Assembly (NCBI GenBank): GCA_021613535.1
Contig: CP075495.1
Location: 248,001 to 312,000 of the forward strand
Direction: 5' to 3'
DNA length: 64,000 bases
DNA from: Adineta vaga
Taxonomy: Eukaryota; Animalia; Rotifera
The notes beneath the pieces are model-generated. The model worked only from the letters and a program-made list of their open reading frames with translations, did no database searches and was not told where the DNA came from. This document shows positions 14,116 to 27,481 of this stretch, piece by piece; within the stretch, counting starts at the first letter, position 1, and every line of letters starts with the position of its first letter. The position numbers and the translations under genes are program-made.

Positions 14116-15706
14116 TTAGAAACATTCAGCAAAGCGCAGTTGTATTTCTGTATATAGCTTATCTAGTCTTTCTGACTCAGCAAGTTGCGATTTAGTTGGT
14201 TTGATTAATAAAGTTTTGTAATCGAAATGCCTTAAAATAATTAAATCAGTCAAACGTTTTACACGTGACAATGGTACATAAATTGCAGCAATATCATCAA
14301 TTCTGCTTGGTAATTTTAAATCAATGACAACATTATTTAAAGTTTGACCTTGATTTTTATGTGTTGTGATAGCAAATTCAGGTACAAGTGGCAATGCACG
14401 TCGCTTAATCGATAGAATTGTTTTCGAATGCGGTTTTGGTTTCTTATCTTTTGGTAGTAGGTCAGCGACGTTAATACGAAATGTTTGTTCCATCAATGGT
14501 ATCGGGATGAGATTTGATTGAAGTTGTTCGAAATTGCATTCAATCTTCGACCGAGCGACTTCAATGATGGCGTACAATGGTTTACGGATATATCGTGTAT
14601 TGTTGGGGAATGTTTCTGAGATACTGTCTGTTGAAACAGAATCTTCTTCATACACAAGTTGCCGAAAGATCCCATTCATTCCATTGATAAGACCCAATTC
14701 TATAGCAATATTTTGTGTTAACATGACAGGCATTCCAGGAACTAAAGGCAGAAGACCAGGTAAATGCTCTGTTCTGCTATCAGATAATTCTAACAACTTT
14801 TTAACTAACTTTGGATCTTCGATTGATTTGCCTTTACAATTGTCTTGAGCAGTGCACACCTTTAGTGCTTGACCCACTTCTACTGCTTTATGAATTGCTG
14901 CCTTATTGTTTAGTCTTGTCCGTACTTCGTTTCGGAACACGAAAATGGGCGCCTTAAAAGACGAAGATAAATAAGTATTCGATAGAAAAAGAGTTCTTTA
15001 CTTTATTCCAAGGTGGATCACATAGAGAATTGACTGACGGTTGTCCCACAACTCGTGTTAACAGTAACTCATAATCGTCATGGTTACATTGTCCAAGACG
15101 AAGTCGATCGAAAAGTTGAAGATATTGAGAATCTTCCGTTCGCATCTGTTGAGTGAGTTTCACAGCGCAGTTAATCTGGAGAATTAGAGAACGTGCAACA
15201 CGTTGTTGAATTTCCTTTTCATTGAGCGATTTGTCTGGGTTTTTTTTCGATGGTAAAGAAAAATCAGTATATAATGGTGCATCGAATATGGGTCGGTATT
15301 GCATATAATCACCGAAGAAAATGACGTTTACACCACCGAACGGAATTTGAGCATCGACATGTTTTGCAGAGCACATTATTCGATTAAGTTTTGCCAATAA
15401 ATGTAAACCAACCATACTTATTTCATCGATTAATAGATATTCAACCAGTCTCCACTCCTTTTCAAGTTTTGAATCACCTGCTTTAATGATTCGTGGCTGT
15501 CTAGAATTTCGTTGTTCACCTAAAAACGAATGAATGGTCATACCGCCAATTTCAGCAGCTGCAATCCCGGTAGGTGCAAGTTTTCGCATCATCTGCATCC
15601 TTTTGGTGATAACAAAGTATTTGCTAAGAGCACGAATAAGTTGTGATTTCCCTGTACCACCGCATCCAGGTATGCACATTATAAGTTGACCATTATTGTG
15701 ACCTAG
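14116..15706 (-). CDS. PIF1-family SF1B helicase exons of Helitron copy 1
   Basis: GCGGTGKS, LIDEISMV, FFGDYMQYRPI, QQMRT, GMPVMLTQN, FAITTHKNQGQT, YVPLSRV. No C-terminal AP endonuclease follows. Confidence 0.93.
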
Positions 15707-17094
15707 AAAGACGATAAATATTATCTTCTGGTAGACTATATTATGAAAATACCTGTACGATATTGACTATCACCATCAAGATGACTCGTAATGATCATGA
15801 ATGCGGCACGTTGCTCTCTATTCAATGTGAACTCATCAGCAATACTTTTTTGAGTGGGAACATTGATTGTAATTGACACAACTGGAAGAATTGAACCACC
15901 ATTTGCGAGATTGCTGTTATTATTGTCACTAGTTGAATTCATTATTGTTACCATAGCATCTTTTGCAGCATGCATATCTGAAGATTTATCTGCTGTCTCA
16001 TGATTACCTGTAATTAAACTTCGTCTTGCTCGTTCTTTTTCTGTTTTCAATTGCGCTTGTCATTTCTTATTTAAATTAACTAAATTGTTGGTTGCAGCAA
16101 CAAATGGTCTAAGTTGTTGATTCATAGAGTCAGTAAATTCATTTGAGGTAGACGAACGGCTACCTACAAAAAAATCCATATTTATATTCTACTTTGGATC
16201 ACTAATTATCGCAAACTGTGACTCACTGGTTATATCGCTAAATCGTCCAACTTTTTCGACCGCCTCGATAGTTTCTTGAATATATTGATCTTCTGTTGTT
16301 CTTTTTTCGGCATTAGCTGCTGTAGTTGTATATTCATCTATGTCTTTTAACAACTCTGATAAAGCTTCATTATCATCTATATCGTCTTCACTGTCGAAAT
16401 TTCGATCTGTAGGTACAAGTACTGGATCGATTTCATTATCATCAGTTTGCGCTTCAGTAATAACTTGAAATAGGCGTGCATCACGGTCCTTCCTACATTC
16501 ATGTAAAAGTTGAATATTTTCTATAATCTTCCATGACTCAATGGAAATGTGTGGTTGACGAGAGTTGAAAGTGTCTTCCCAGGTTTGGTTAAAATCACAA
16601 AGATCAGCAGCGGTGCGCCAAGGTACGAAGAGTGTAAGGATAGCTCGACAATATCGGTCTCGAGTATCAACACGATCATGTCGAGGAATTTGTGGACCAT
16701 AAAGAATCGGCACATGCGGTTCACTGTATTTCATCAAAATATGTGTTTTTGCTTGTGGATGTTGACTTTGAAAAGCGTAACGCTCATTAGCTGGGCGACC
16801 TCTTTTGTTGCCTTCGTTTTCTCGCGATACCATATTTGTTGATAAATATCTCAAGTCAGTTGCATTCATCTTTTTTTATATACAGCGCTAACAAAATCAT
16901 ATAAACACATGCTGCTGAGAATATTGGAACGATATTGATAATCAATTCTTGTATTAACGAGTACGTAGTTTTTATCAGAATCAGGAGATTGAAGTTGGAA
17001 ATTTTCTTCATTGTTGTTCTCATCATTAGTAGTTACATCATCAGGCATATCATCATCAACTACGTCTAAAATTGAAAAATAAACGCAATAAGCA

Positions 17095-19162
17095 TTAGTG
17101 TTTATAAATAAATTGTTTACCTTCGGCTAAGTGTGTCAATTTTTGTTTTACTCGGATCTGATTAAGCTGTGCTTGTAAATATCGTTCAGTTTGAATTAGA
17201 AAAAGACCTTGAAATTTGTGTGTCGTGTAATGGTCATTCCAACTCATGAGATAAGAAGCAACCTGTACTCCAGATAGCTCTTGTTGAGAAGCAAGTGCAT
17301 TGTAACACCGTAAAACCAATTTTCGCGATTTTTCAATTATATTCTGTTGATTCGTTTGATGAGATGGATCCACGATAGTTGTAATACATTTTTGTACAAG
17401 AGAAAGTGTGTCATGGAAAGAGATACTCATTTTTGTTACATAGTCAGTAACATAATAGACAAGAGCTTTTGTATCACTGCCGCTCCAAATAAATTTGATA
17501 TCCATATTGGAACGACAAGCTGCTATAAGATACTCGTTAAAATTGTTGATCATTGGATCCGAGCGACGCATTGAAATATTGCCAGTGTCTGGATCAACCG
17601 TTGACACGCGGACTATTTTTCGTGGCATACGCATGCGACAAATTTTTTTGAGGCCTCCCTTCTTCTTGCAATATTTATAGCAAGTATCAGTGTGGTAATG
17701 AGTGTTGCCTGTTTCTACCAACTGTACTACATCTGCTCGAAATCTTGATGAAAAATTAGGCGATGATGGATTTGGAGCAAATGAGCAAGCTGGTATTATT
17801 TTTGAGTTTTTATTTGAGGTATTATTTGTATCTAAAATAGGAATTAGATGTTCTATCCTCTTCTAATAATTTACAATATCGTACTTCGTGTTGGTTGATC
17901 ACGAGTTGGTGTTCGCATTGATTGATGTTGAGACGGAGAACCAAAGGAAATAGTTGACGCGCAAGCTCGAACTGAGGGAGATTGTTGATCTCTTCTTTGT
18001 GTCGCTTGAACAGGAGACTGGGGTTCGTTTTTATCACCATCTGTCAAATCGATAGTGCGCAAGGTTGTGTAAATATTATTCTGTGAGCTTTTTTGAGGAG
18101 TATTAGATGAACTTGGTGCTATAGTATAACAAAGAGAGACATTCAAACAAGAATAAAAAGAAAAAGAGCCGTGCTACTTGAATTTCCGGATACAGGTTTT
18201 TCCTTGAACTGATCTAAATCTTCTTTGATAATATCTTCCAAATAAGCTTTTAACTTTTCACGAAAATTGACATCTTGAATCTTTTCTTTAAGATCAGCGG
18301 ATTTCATATCATGAGCAAGCCAAATAAGCAAATGTAAATGGAGAGAACCTCGCCCTTGGCTTTCAACAGTGCCGAAATAAGCCTTTACGGGTCCAAGAAC
18401 ACCACCCATTATCATAGTATCCAAGATATTGGTGATCAATACGTGAAAAAATTTGGCAGTGGCAACTGGATGTGATGCTACAATTTCAGCTCTTTTGTAA
18501 GCATCCATAAGCTGTTCACTTTGAATATTGTCCAAATTAAGTTCAACCCCTGCAAAATATAGTGCTACAGGACTATGAATATCAGCGGGATTTATAGTAA
18601 GGAAGATGCTGGGTAATCCTTGATTATATATAAGTGCATGGATTTGTGTGCGCAAAGCCGTACGTGAATACGCTGAACCCATGACTCGACCACCAATAGT
18701 TTTAATATCTTGGAGAAGCTTGTTCAATGTACTGTTTGACTCCGCACGACTGTACGGTTGCTTCAAACTGTTCTGAAGAGCTATTTCAATATCTTTACTA
18801 TTTAACGATTGAATTTCATGGGCAGATGATCGAAAGTAAGGTTTTGTTGCTATCAGTTGAGCATGAAAACAGGCATCACGACGTTGTAACAGATTAAAAA
18901 TCACAAATATAAAACTCTCGCTTGTTTCAAAACGACGATCATTGTAAGATAATAGATATCGAATGTGCTCTCGAAAATTTACTTTAACTGGACGTGATTG
19001 ATCTTCGGGTGTGCCAAGTCCATAACAGAATAAAGTTGGATACAGACCTGCCAATAACTTCGGATTGAAGTATTCGTTGACAGGTTTTGATGAATGAGGA
19101 ATTAGGTAAATATTCTCGGTACTTGACTGATTGTTCTGTGTGTTATTTTTAATCTTGTTCAA
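17095..19162 (-). CDS. HUH Rep endonuclease exons of Helitron copy 1
   Basis: LYPTLFCYGLG, FLTINPAD (motif 1), VESQGRGSLHLHLLIW (motif 2, with the RGS signature of Helentron/Helitron2), YVTDYVTK (motif 3). Confidence 0.92.
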
Positions 19163-20785
19163 AACGTAGGTAGAAATATCTTCTGAAGATACTAATGAGC
19201 CATTAACATCGAGAACAGCGCTGAGATAAACAAGCTATATGAAACAATTGATTTGTTAAATATTCTCACCTGTTACTGATAGGTATGGCATCTGCAGTAG
19301 TACATTCTTTTGGATCTAATAATGGATCAGAAACATATCCAGTTCGGTTAGATTGATCTTTTTCATCACTTATCTTTTGCTCTAAAGTTGACATAATGCA
19401 TTCTGGCACATCATCTTCCGGCAGTTGATTAATGTTTTGAAGATTTATATTAATTTTCTGATAAAGTATATTGTGCTTTTTCAACCATCGTAATGCTCGA
19501 ATAATTTTCTGCTCACGCACTGTGAGAATTTTTTTTAGTTGAATACGATCGGGTGGGCGAGCTCCAATAAATATTACTTTCAGTGTATCACATAAATCGT
19601 CAAGCGTAAGTGGTAAACTATCGACAATATTTGGTACATTTTGAAGAAAAGTTATGCAATTTCCTTTCAATGCTGTTTGAGCAGTGGTGGTTGAGTGAAA
19701 AGGCGAATGTAGTTTTATTATGCAACTATTATGACGATAAAATGAAATTAGTTTCTGTTCTGGAAGTGTCAATCCTTGTAGTTCAGCAGGTATGTCACCT
19801 ATCCACATATTATTAGCAGGTGCGAGCTTAGGGATAGATTTCTTCAAAAGGGCAGCATGACATTTTTCACAAAGCCTGCACATGTTCACTTTCTTCTGTT
19901 GAAATAAACCACTTTTGTATAAAATAACATTGTTCTGACAAAACAACGATGACGAACTAAGTACTGAGAGATCTAAACAAATAAAGTCTGTATGCACTTT
20001 GAAACCACGAAATTACCTTTGTTATTCGCAGTATGTTTCGTTGTTTCTATATGGCTGTTGCTGAGATTTTCATCGTCTTCGTGTAAATGTTTAATCAAAT
20101 CCTTGAGCTCTTCAGAAATTTTAAGTAGATGACCATTCGAGATTTTTAGGACTGGCATTGTTTTCGAGTCTTTCGCTCGAGTACGAACATTGCAAACTGC
20201 GCAAGTGACTTCAACCAACGTTGACATAGACATTTGTTCTAGAAACTGTTGTAAACGAGCCTCTTTCAACTCACGAGCAATTGGTTTAGGCCATACTTGA
20301 CCAACAGAAGGCTGTGACTCAACACTATTTCGGTCAATACCATTGTTTTCATATGATTGCTTTTGATATCGTTTTGCAAGTCTATTGGTTTTGCTTAGTT
20401 TCCTTTGTTGTTCGAGTCGATTTCGACGTTCCTCTTCAGTTTCATTCGTATGAATCGATTGGTGTTGTTCTATCTTTCTCAAGTCGATTATGACGCTGTT
20501 CTTCCGTTTCGTTCATACGACTTGATCGGCTGCGTTGTCTTTTCTTTTCAAGTTGAATTTGACGCTGATTTTCTCTATCACTTTTCCCATTTTGTATTGA
20601 GCCTGAAATCATTGGCCCAGCGAGGTCTTTCTCAACGCTGTCATCAGTTCGTATTCGTCTACTGGGAGAAGATTGAAATTCTGGTATTCTTATTTGGATA
20701 GAAGAACTATTCTTAAATGTTTTCTTTTGAGGAGTCTAAACACTTAATATTAGTAGAAATTTGATGTGCTAATGATCGACTCACT

Positions 20786-21470
20786 ACATTGATTGACGTT
20801 GAGTTACTGTGGCTGTCAGACTCTGTTTGTATATTTGGTGATAGAAGTGGAACAAAATGATTTGGACTCCATGTACCATTATCCATCGCTCGAGCAACGT
20901 TTTCGTTTTGAGCACGCGACCACAAAATAGCAATATTGAAATTAGCGATGGCAGTTAGAACAGGTGTAAAGACACTATCCCACAAAGTCATATATTGCTG
21001 GAAATCAATATTCGGATAGACACTTCGTATATTACATTGAAGAACATTACATAATGCGGCTACTTCATATAATTCAGAAAATGTATGATTTTTGCAAATG
21101 GATTTGATAGCAATGTCGATAGGTCCAATTAATTGTGAATACATGGTTTGATAATAATTTTCATGTGACATAAGTTCCATGATTGTTCGAACTAAAAATA
21201 TGTTCGAAATCAATCATACAACAGCATATGAGAAAAATAAATCCCTTTACCTCGTAATTCATCTGTCTTTACTGTTGAATTATTAAGGAAAACAATAATC
21301 GAATGGTATAAACAATTTCGATCACCAGGAACATCAACTGGAAGAAGATGATGCACATCATCGCCCGCTTTTTCAAGATATCTATTCGCGAACGGATCTA
21401 CCGTATGTTTTCTCTCGTCGAAAACTTGAATAAGATGAAATTGCAATGGTACCACCAATGATTCAATCTA
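20786..21470 (-). CDS. OTU-like cysteine protease exons of Helitron copy 1
   Basis: VPGDRNCLYHS (DGNC in copies 2 and 3), ELR, EVAALCNVLQCNI and WSPNHFVPL supply the catalytic Cys and His. Confidence 0.8.
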
Positions 21471-21759
21471 CACCATAATACACATCGAAATTTATTCATC
21501 ATTTTATTTCAACAAATTTACTTGTTGAATTCTTCTTACAACCAAACTAATTTCATCGTAGTACATAATATTTTCCGAACATTGTCCCAAAAGTTGAAGT
21601 AATCGTTGGAATTTTAGACCACGAGGCATTTTAATATATTCTGGGCAACAGTGGCCTGTGCAGCTTGCGTTACAAAAAATACATCGTGTACTTATGTTTC
21701 TGTCCCAATCAGTGTCAAAAGAGTGACATTGAGTGAAACAGTTTAACACAGTCGTTGGC

Positions 21760-22675
21760 ACAGAAGTGCGATTGATTCTTCCGTCTAGAATTCCTCTGAC
21801 ATATCGGATTTGGCTCTCTTCGTCTTTGTGAATAATTATCATATTGTGTCAAACAATTTCTACGCGAATAATACTCATACAAATTCAGTTGTTGAAACGT
21901 GTTGGTATCTGCTGTTCTTTGAATCTGATTCTTCAAGTAACGGCTGCGTGTAGACAAATTTCTCTTTACTGAATATTTCTTACTGAACTCTGGAGTTGTT
22001 TCATCGGAATAGTCTTCTTAATAATGCCTGTTTGGTAATTTTTCAACCTTCTGAAGCGGGAGTTGTTTTAGTTGATTCGATAATCGCTCAATCTGAACTC
22101 AATGATATAAAATATCTTCTATTTGTTGAGCTTCAGCGATTATTTCGTTTTATGAGGCATTGCGAGATTTTTTTATCATATTGAGTAAGTCGTCACGTAT
22201 CCGACATAGAAGATGTTGGGCTAGATCGATTTCAGTTTCATGCGGTTTTTGCTCTCTCCGGAGAGCACAAAGACGAACAAAAAAAGTCGTTTATGGTCTC
22301 ATTCTCCTGCTTACATTCATCCCATTGTGTTTCCAGCCTTGCTCTATGAATCAGTGGATTAAATTGCGTGAGAAATAATTCCGTAAATTCTTTCCGTGTT
22401 TCCGGTTGATGATGCGACTTACGCAACTGATAATACCATTCCAGAGCTGATTCTCGTAGGAACTGCGACATATCATTAGATAATATAACAGAATTACAGA
22501 CATACACTGATTTAACGTATTCTTGGACACGGATCAAGAACCCCGTCGGAATGTCCGAATGTTTTCCGTAAAATACTGAAATTTCCACCGAAGAAGGTAC
22601 AATGATTGAATATTTCTTACCATTTTTTAAAACTACTAATGATGCAGTTGTTGCATATTTCACTTCGAGCTTCAT
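21760..22675 (-). pseudogene. Second, degenerate gypsy gag copy abutting the 5' end of Helitron 1
   Basis: KKYSIIVPSS...QFLRESALEWYYQLRKSH aligns with gag 25857-27184. The degenerate C-terminus (CLTQYDNY, RGILDGR) matches CPTQHDDY and RGALDER. Confidence 0.8.
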
Positions 22676-22967
22676 TAAATATCAGTTTAATAATAAACGT
22701 GTATCTTAATTTTCGATAAGTACCCGAGAGAGAGGATATAAGCAATACCGCAGATAACAATCGCACTAAGGGACGGAATAGTAGATAGACAACGTTATAA
22801 CGTGCAATATTTTATTTAATGCTAAAATGAAATAAAATATAACATTCGCATTTTAGAAAAAATCAAGAAGGTAAATGAAGGACATGGATATTCATACGCG
22901 TCACGAAAAATAGGATGCGCATGATGGCGATGAATCAAAGATCCAACTCAGATAATAACACTTACCG

Positions 22968-23231
22968 TGTGGTAAACCTATATTAAAGAGACATCGAAAA
23001 AATCTAATTTCTGCCGGAATGGCGAGAGTATAAATACTAGTTTAACAAAGGATACACATGATGAAAGAATAGAAGACTAAGGATAAAACAATGCGAGAAG
23101 GACAATAAGAACATAAAAAGTAGATAACACATATAGAAATGAAGGATAGATTAAAATAACAATGTAAAGTGTCGAAACAATGAAAGACCTTAAGAATACG
23201 ATGGGGAAAATATAGTGCCAGTATTGGCACA
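22968..23231 (-). repeat. LTR of the env-bearing gypsy element (3' LTR, also upstream of the second gag)
   Basis: Ends TGTGCC...TTTACCACA. Homologous to 27340-27475. The same pre-LTR hairpin lies at the same 16-nt spacing as in the TRIM. Confidence 0.65.
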
Positions 23232-23391
23232 TCCAGCGATCAAGATTAGACGCGCTCCTGGACGTCTTTACGCAAGATACAAACAAAAGAGAGAGAAAGA
23301 GAAAACAAAGTGAATAAATAGAAAAAAGAAAAATTGATTGAAAAAAATTCTGTCTAGTCTTACGAGTTTGAATTATCCATCGATTGATTTT

Positions 23392-25231
23392 TCAAGAAAT
23401 TTCATCGACGGTATTGTTATAAGTGACGTTTGGACTCTTATTATTTTTCTTTGTACGAATAAAGTATAAGTATATAAGAATGCCGATGAGAGTAATAAAG
23501 GCTAAGATGACTACAATTGTGATAAGTGAAATAGGATGGCTTGACCACGTTTGAAAATCATTTGAGAAGACTGGTTTAGGAATATTTGATATAAAGTCAA
23601 TCACTGCTTGCATATTTGGTGGGAAATAGGGTAATTTAGCCCAATAGGTATTATTACTCAATAATTCATGGAGATTGATTAAGTCTTTATCTAATGGATT
23701 TACTGACAGATTTTGAATTAAGTTGACGGTTGATCCAATTCGAAGAGGCACTCCTGGTAAAAAGAATATATCACACGTTAATGAGGAAGTGTCCATTGTT
23801 GTAATTAAAGCTACGGGGGTAAGGTAATCACATCATTATCCATGAGTTGATGTTGTTCCGCACCCGTAAATGTTTTGATAGAATGGCATTGAGTTGTCGA
23901 GTTAACAGATATAGCCCAATGTCGTCCTACACGATGAACAAATACAGGATCTGCAAAAGGTTCCGTACGACACTCTGATAAATTGGAATCAGTCAGTATT
24001 TCGTAGAGACAAGTGTCTTGTAGATCTTTCCGGATCGCTGGAGTTTCTCGGCACGAGGTCATTAGGACAAAATCGCATGATACCGCTTCCTCCGTTGACC
24101 AACGTATGAATTTTTGAGATTTCTGTTCAATTCCTAAATATAGAGGCATCTTAGCAAGTCTTATTCGATTTTTCCCTTGATTAAATGGAATTGGTACAAG
24201 TTCATAAATAAAGTATGGAACTTGATCATGGCTCGGTGCAGCGAAAAATGAAGTGAAGGTCAACTTTCCAATTAGAAAACCATTTTCTGTTTGTTCCACT
24301 AATTGTGCTGGTACAAAATTTACATTTTATTGTACTAATAATCGGGTAATTAATTCAATCATAGGAAGTGCAGTTTCAGCCTCATCAAAAGAAACGTCTA
24401 CCGTTTGGGTGATTAACTCAATCACTTTTGGAAGATCTTTATGATGTATAAAGCGCAATTAAGTTTGTTCGATAGAATGTCTTCGATTGACGCGTGTATA
24501 AAGTGGGTATCAACAGAATGAACAAATGCTGCTAGTTTGTTGCTGAGAAACATGGTCATTGATGTGATTGTCCTTAACGCTGAATCATGACTTCGTAATA
24601 TTACTGCATGTTCAATCACTAAATCCATTGTTTTATTAAGAGCAACCTGCGTATGATTTAGCTCTTGTACTAGTTTCAATTGTCCCTCCGAAAGATGTAA
24701 AATTTGCGCTTGATGATTTTGTATTGTTCGATCTATTGACATGAGCGAATTCGACATAGCTTTCACTTCAGTTTTTAAATTTGCTACTAGTACTGTATTG
24801 AATGTCGATAATACTAAAGCAGCAGAACCGATTCCGATTGATATGAGTTCGGAAAGAAGTCTTTTTGGTCGTTTTATCGTTGCTGACTTCTTGGCATATT
24901 TCTTGACCAGCTGTTTCAGTTTATCTGCCTCAGACATAGTTTTTGCCATCGTTGAATTAGGAAAACAGTATGGAATTTTCTTTATAGCTGCCTTTGGGAT
25001 CAAATAACACATATCTTCTACCAATGGAATGGTAACTGTAAAGGTCACTATTTTATTTGCAGGCCGATATTCTGAAAGATAATGAAGTATGAGACCAGAT
25101 TTTGTGTGCACAATGTCTGATTTAGGTATCGTGAAATTAGCCAGACTCCAAGTAGGTGTTGCTAATATGATTGTAAATAATAACATAATTTGAGACTCCT
25201 TGTGGAATGATAATAATGATTGAAAATTCAT
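23392..25231 (-). pseudogene. env: Env-like class I fusion glycoprotein (one frameshift, one stop)
   Basis: Signal peptide (MLLFTIILATPTWSLA), furin-type site KRPKR, fusion peptide LLSELISIGIGSAALVLS, heptad repeat, Cys-rich region and C-terminal TM (LITIVVILAFITLIGILIYLYFI). Confidence 0.8.
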
Positions 25232-25351
25232 TTCCGCGTGTTTTTAAAGATTATATCTAGAAATATAAATACTAGTTAACATTTATTTTATTCAAAATTT
25301 TTTTAAATATTTTCTGTTAAATATAGAAAAGTTTTTGTCTCTTTTCTATAA

Positions 25352-25860
25352 CTATAATTCCATATCCATTTTCCTAAGTTCGTTTGCTGATAAAGTGTGT
25401 TCATCGTCTTCATCCTGCTTTAAAACGAGATTAGGAGGAAACAGGTTTTTCTCAATTAGATCCTTAAAATACACTAGCTGACGTCCACCGTCTATTTGAA
25501 GGTTATGCTTTTGAATAAAATCATTACCAATTATGGATGGTCGCCATAGATGTGGAACCACGTGAACAGGATGTCTTACAATACGATTTACTATCGAGAT
25601 GGGAACTTGAATAATCTTATATACTTGTAAACACGATTTATCAGCAAGACGTAATTGTAGATTTACTTCGGGATATTGAGCGTGCCGTCGAGTATAATAA
25701 GGTAATTGAAAAAATAAGTTTGAATTAATTAAAGTTAGTGACGCACCTGAGCCAATAAGCATTTCTGTTGATCGTTTTGCTATACTTCCATTCATCGTAA
25801 GAGGATTAGTTTCATAATTTTGCATGGAATGCGTTTGGACCGACAGTTGAACGGAATTAT
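25352..25860 (-). pseudogene. Retroviral-type aspartic protease; RT, RNase H and integrase absent
   Basis: MLIGSGASLTLI (catalytic D read as G), LRLAD and IIGNDF. In the -1 frame relative to gag, with slippery TTTAAAT at the gag stop. Confidence 0.8.
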
Positions 25861-27184
25861 TTAAAAGGAGCGGATCTGGTCCGTTCGTCCAGTGCCCCTC
25901 GGTCGTTTGTTGAGTTCGATTTATTTCGTTGTTGTCGATAATCATCATGCTGTGTAGGACAATAATCTGACCAATGTCCATACTCTCCGCAATGATAGCA
26001 GACATACGAGTCCGCAGATTGTGACCAATTCGGCGCCACAGTTCTTTGAGTTTGATGATTTGTATATTGACCAGGTGTTACTTCGTTCACTTGATAAGTT
26101 CTTGATTCATTATTCCAACGCATTGATTGATGACGTGGGTTATCTTCGCTATAATGCTTTTTGGATAATATATCTCTTCCTGTTACTTGCTTAGATAACC
26201 TTTCATCTTTAGCTCGACGATATAAAATTTCTTCTATTTGTTGAACTTCATTAATTAATTCGTCTAATGATGCATTGCGAGATATTCCTATCATATTTAA
26301 TAAATCGTTACGCATTCTGCAGAAAAAATGTTTGACCAAGTCCAATTCAGTTTCTTTCGATTTTTGTTCCCTCCAAAGAGCACGAAGCCGAACTAAAAAT
26401 CCGTTGATGGTTTCATTTTCTTCCTGCATACAGTGGTGCCATTCTTGCTCTTGACGTGCTTTGCGAACTGGCGAATTAAATTGTATCAGGAATAAATCTA
26501 TAAATTCGACCCATGTTTGTGGTCGACGATGTGACATACGTAATTGGCAATACCATTCCCACGCTGAGTCTCGTAGAAATTGTAAAATGCCATTAGGTAG
26601 TGTCGCACAATTTCGTGCATATACCGATTCCGCATACTCCTGCACTAGAATTAAAAATTGTGTGGGACTCTCCGAAATTTTTCCATAAACGCTGGAGCTG
26701 CTGATGATGGAGGTACTATGACTGAATGTTTTATCCCATTTGACTGAAATAATGTTGGTATAGTTATCGTCTGGTTTCCTTCCGGTTCCATTTGAAAGAC
26801 ATCATTTTCTTCTCTCTTCATCGCCTTGTTCTGATGTTCATTTGATGAAGTAATTACTGATTTTGAAATTTGATCTAGCTTATTCACAATATGATTCCAT
26901 TGTCGTTTATTATTGTCAATTTTGCTCGTCATTTCTTCAAAATGCGATACAGTTGATAACTGAATTGATTCGATTCTCTCGGACAATGTCTGAAATTCAG
27001 TTTTGTTAGAATTTGTGTTTTGTTCACGATATTCCATAAGTTGCTTCATCAAGTCGTCGATCTGACATTCTAAATGATTAATTTTACGTGTGTTAGTTGC
27101 GTCAACATCCATTAGTCTTTTCACGGCTTCTTCAATTGAAACTACTTCTCCTTCCGTTTGCATCATGAATATATAAATATTCAA
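25857..27184 (-). CDS. gag: Gypsy-type Gag with CCHC zinc knuckle (one frameshift near 26690)
   Basis: Coiled-coil N-terminus, capsid-like QFLRDSAWEWY...CMQEENETINGF, and CYHCGEYGHWSDYC. Confidence 0.88.
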
Positions 27185-27339
27185 TGTTTTACCTTAATCA
27201 GAAAACTGAGTAAGTTTTATTCTTTACTGAAATAAAAATTCGCATCTTCTCCCCTACCAGTATCGTCAAATGGAAACGAAAAATAATCTGCGTACGATGG
27301 TGATGATTTCAGAAGCACCTCAGATGATAGCACTTACCG

Positions 27340-27475
27340 TGTAGTAAACGCTTATTGAAGAGAGATCGAAAATATCTAATTTCTGCCGGAATGGCGAGAG
27401 TATAAATACTAGTTTAATCAAGGATACGTATAATGAAAAAAAAAAGATTAAGGACAAAACAATGCAGAAAGGAGA
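27340..27475 (-). repeat. Truncated 5' LTR of the env-bearing gypsy element
   Basis: Shares ATCTAATTTCTGCCGGAATGGCGAGAGTATAAATACTAGTTTAA with the 22968-23231 LTR. Cut off by telomere-like repeats at 27482. Confidence 0.7.
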
Positions 27476-27481
27476 CTAGGA

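Larger units (their letters stand above)
13836..21695 (-). mobile_element. Helitron2/Helentron-type rolling-circle transposon, copy 1 (near full-length, multi-intron, a few disabling mutations)
   Basis: Domain order: Cys-rich N-terminus, OTU, charged ETEEER repeats, CAVC/CRLC zinc finger, DUF6570-like region, HUH Rep (ESQGRGSLHLH; YVTDYVTK), PIF1 helicase. DINE-1/Helentron-like 3' end at 13836-13877. Confidence 0.92.
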
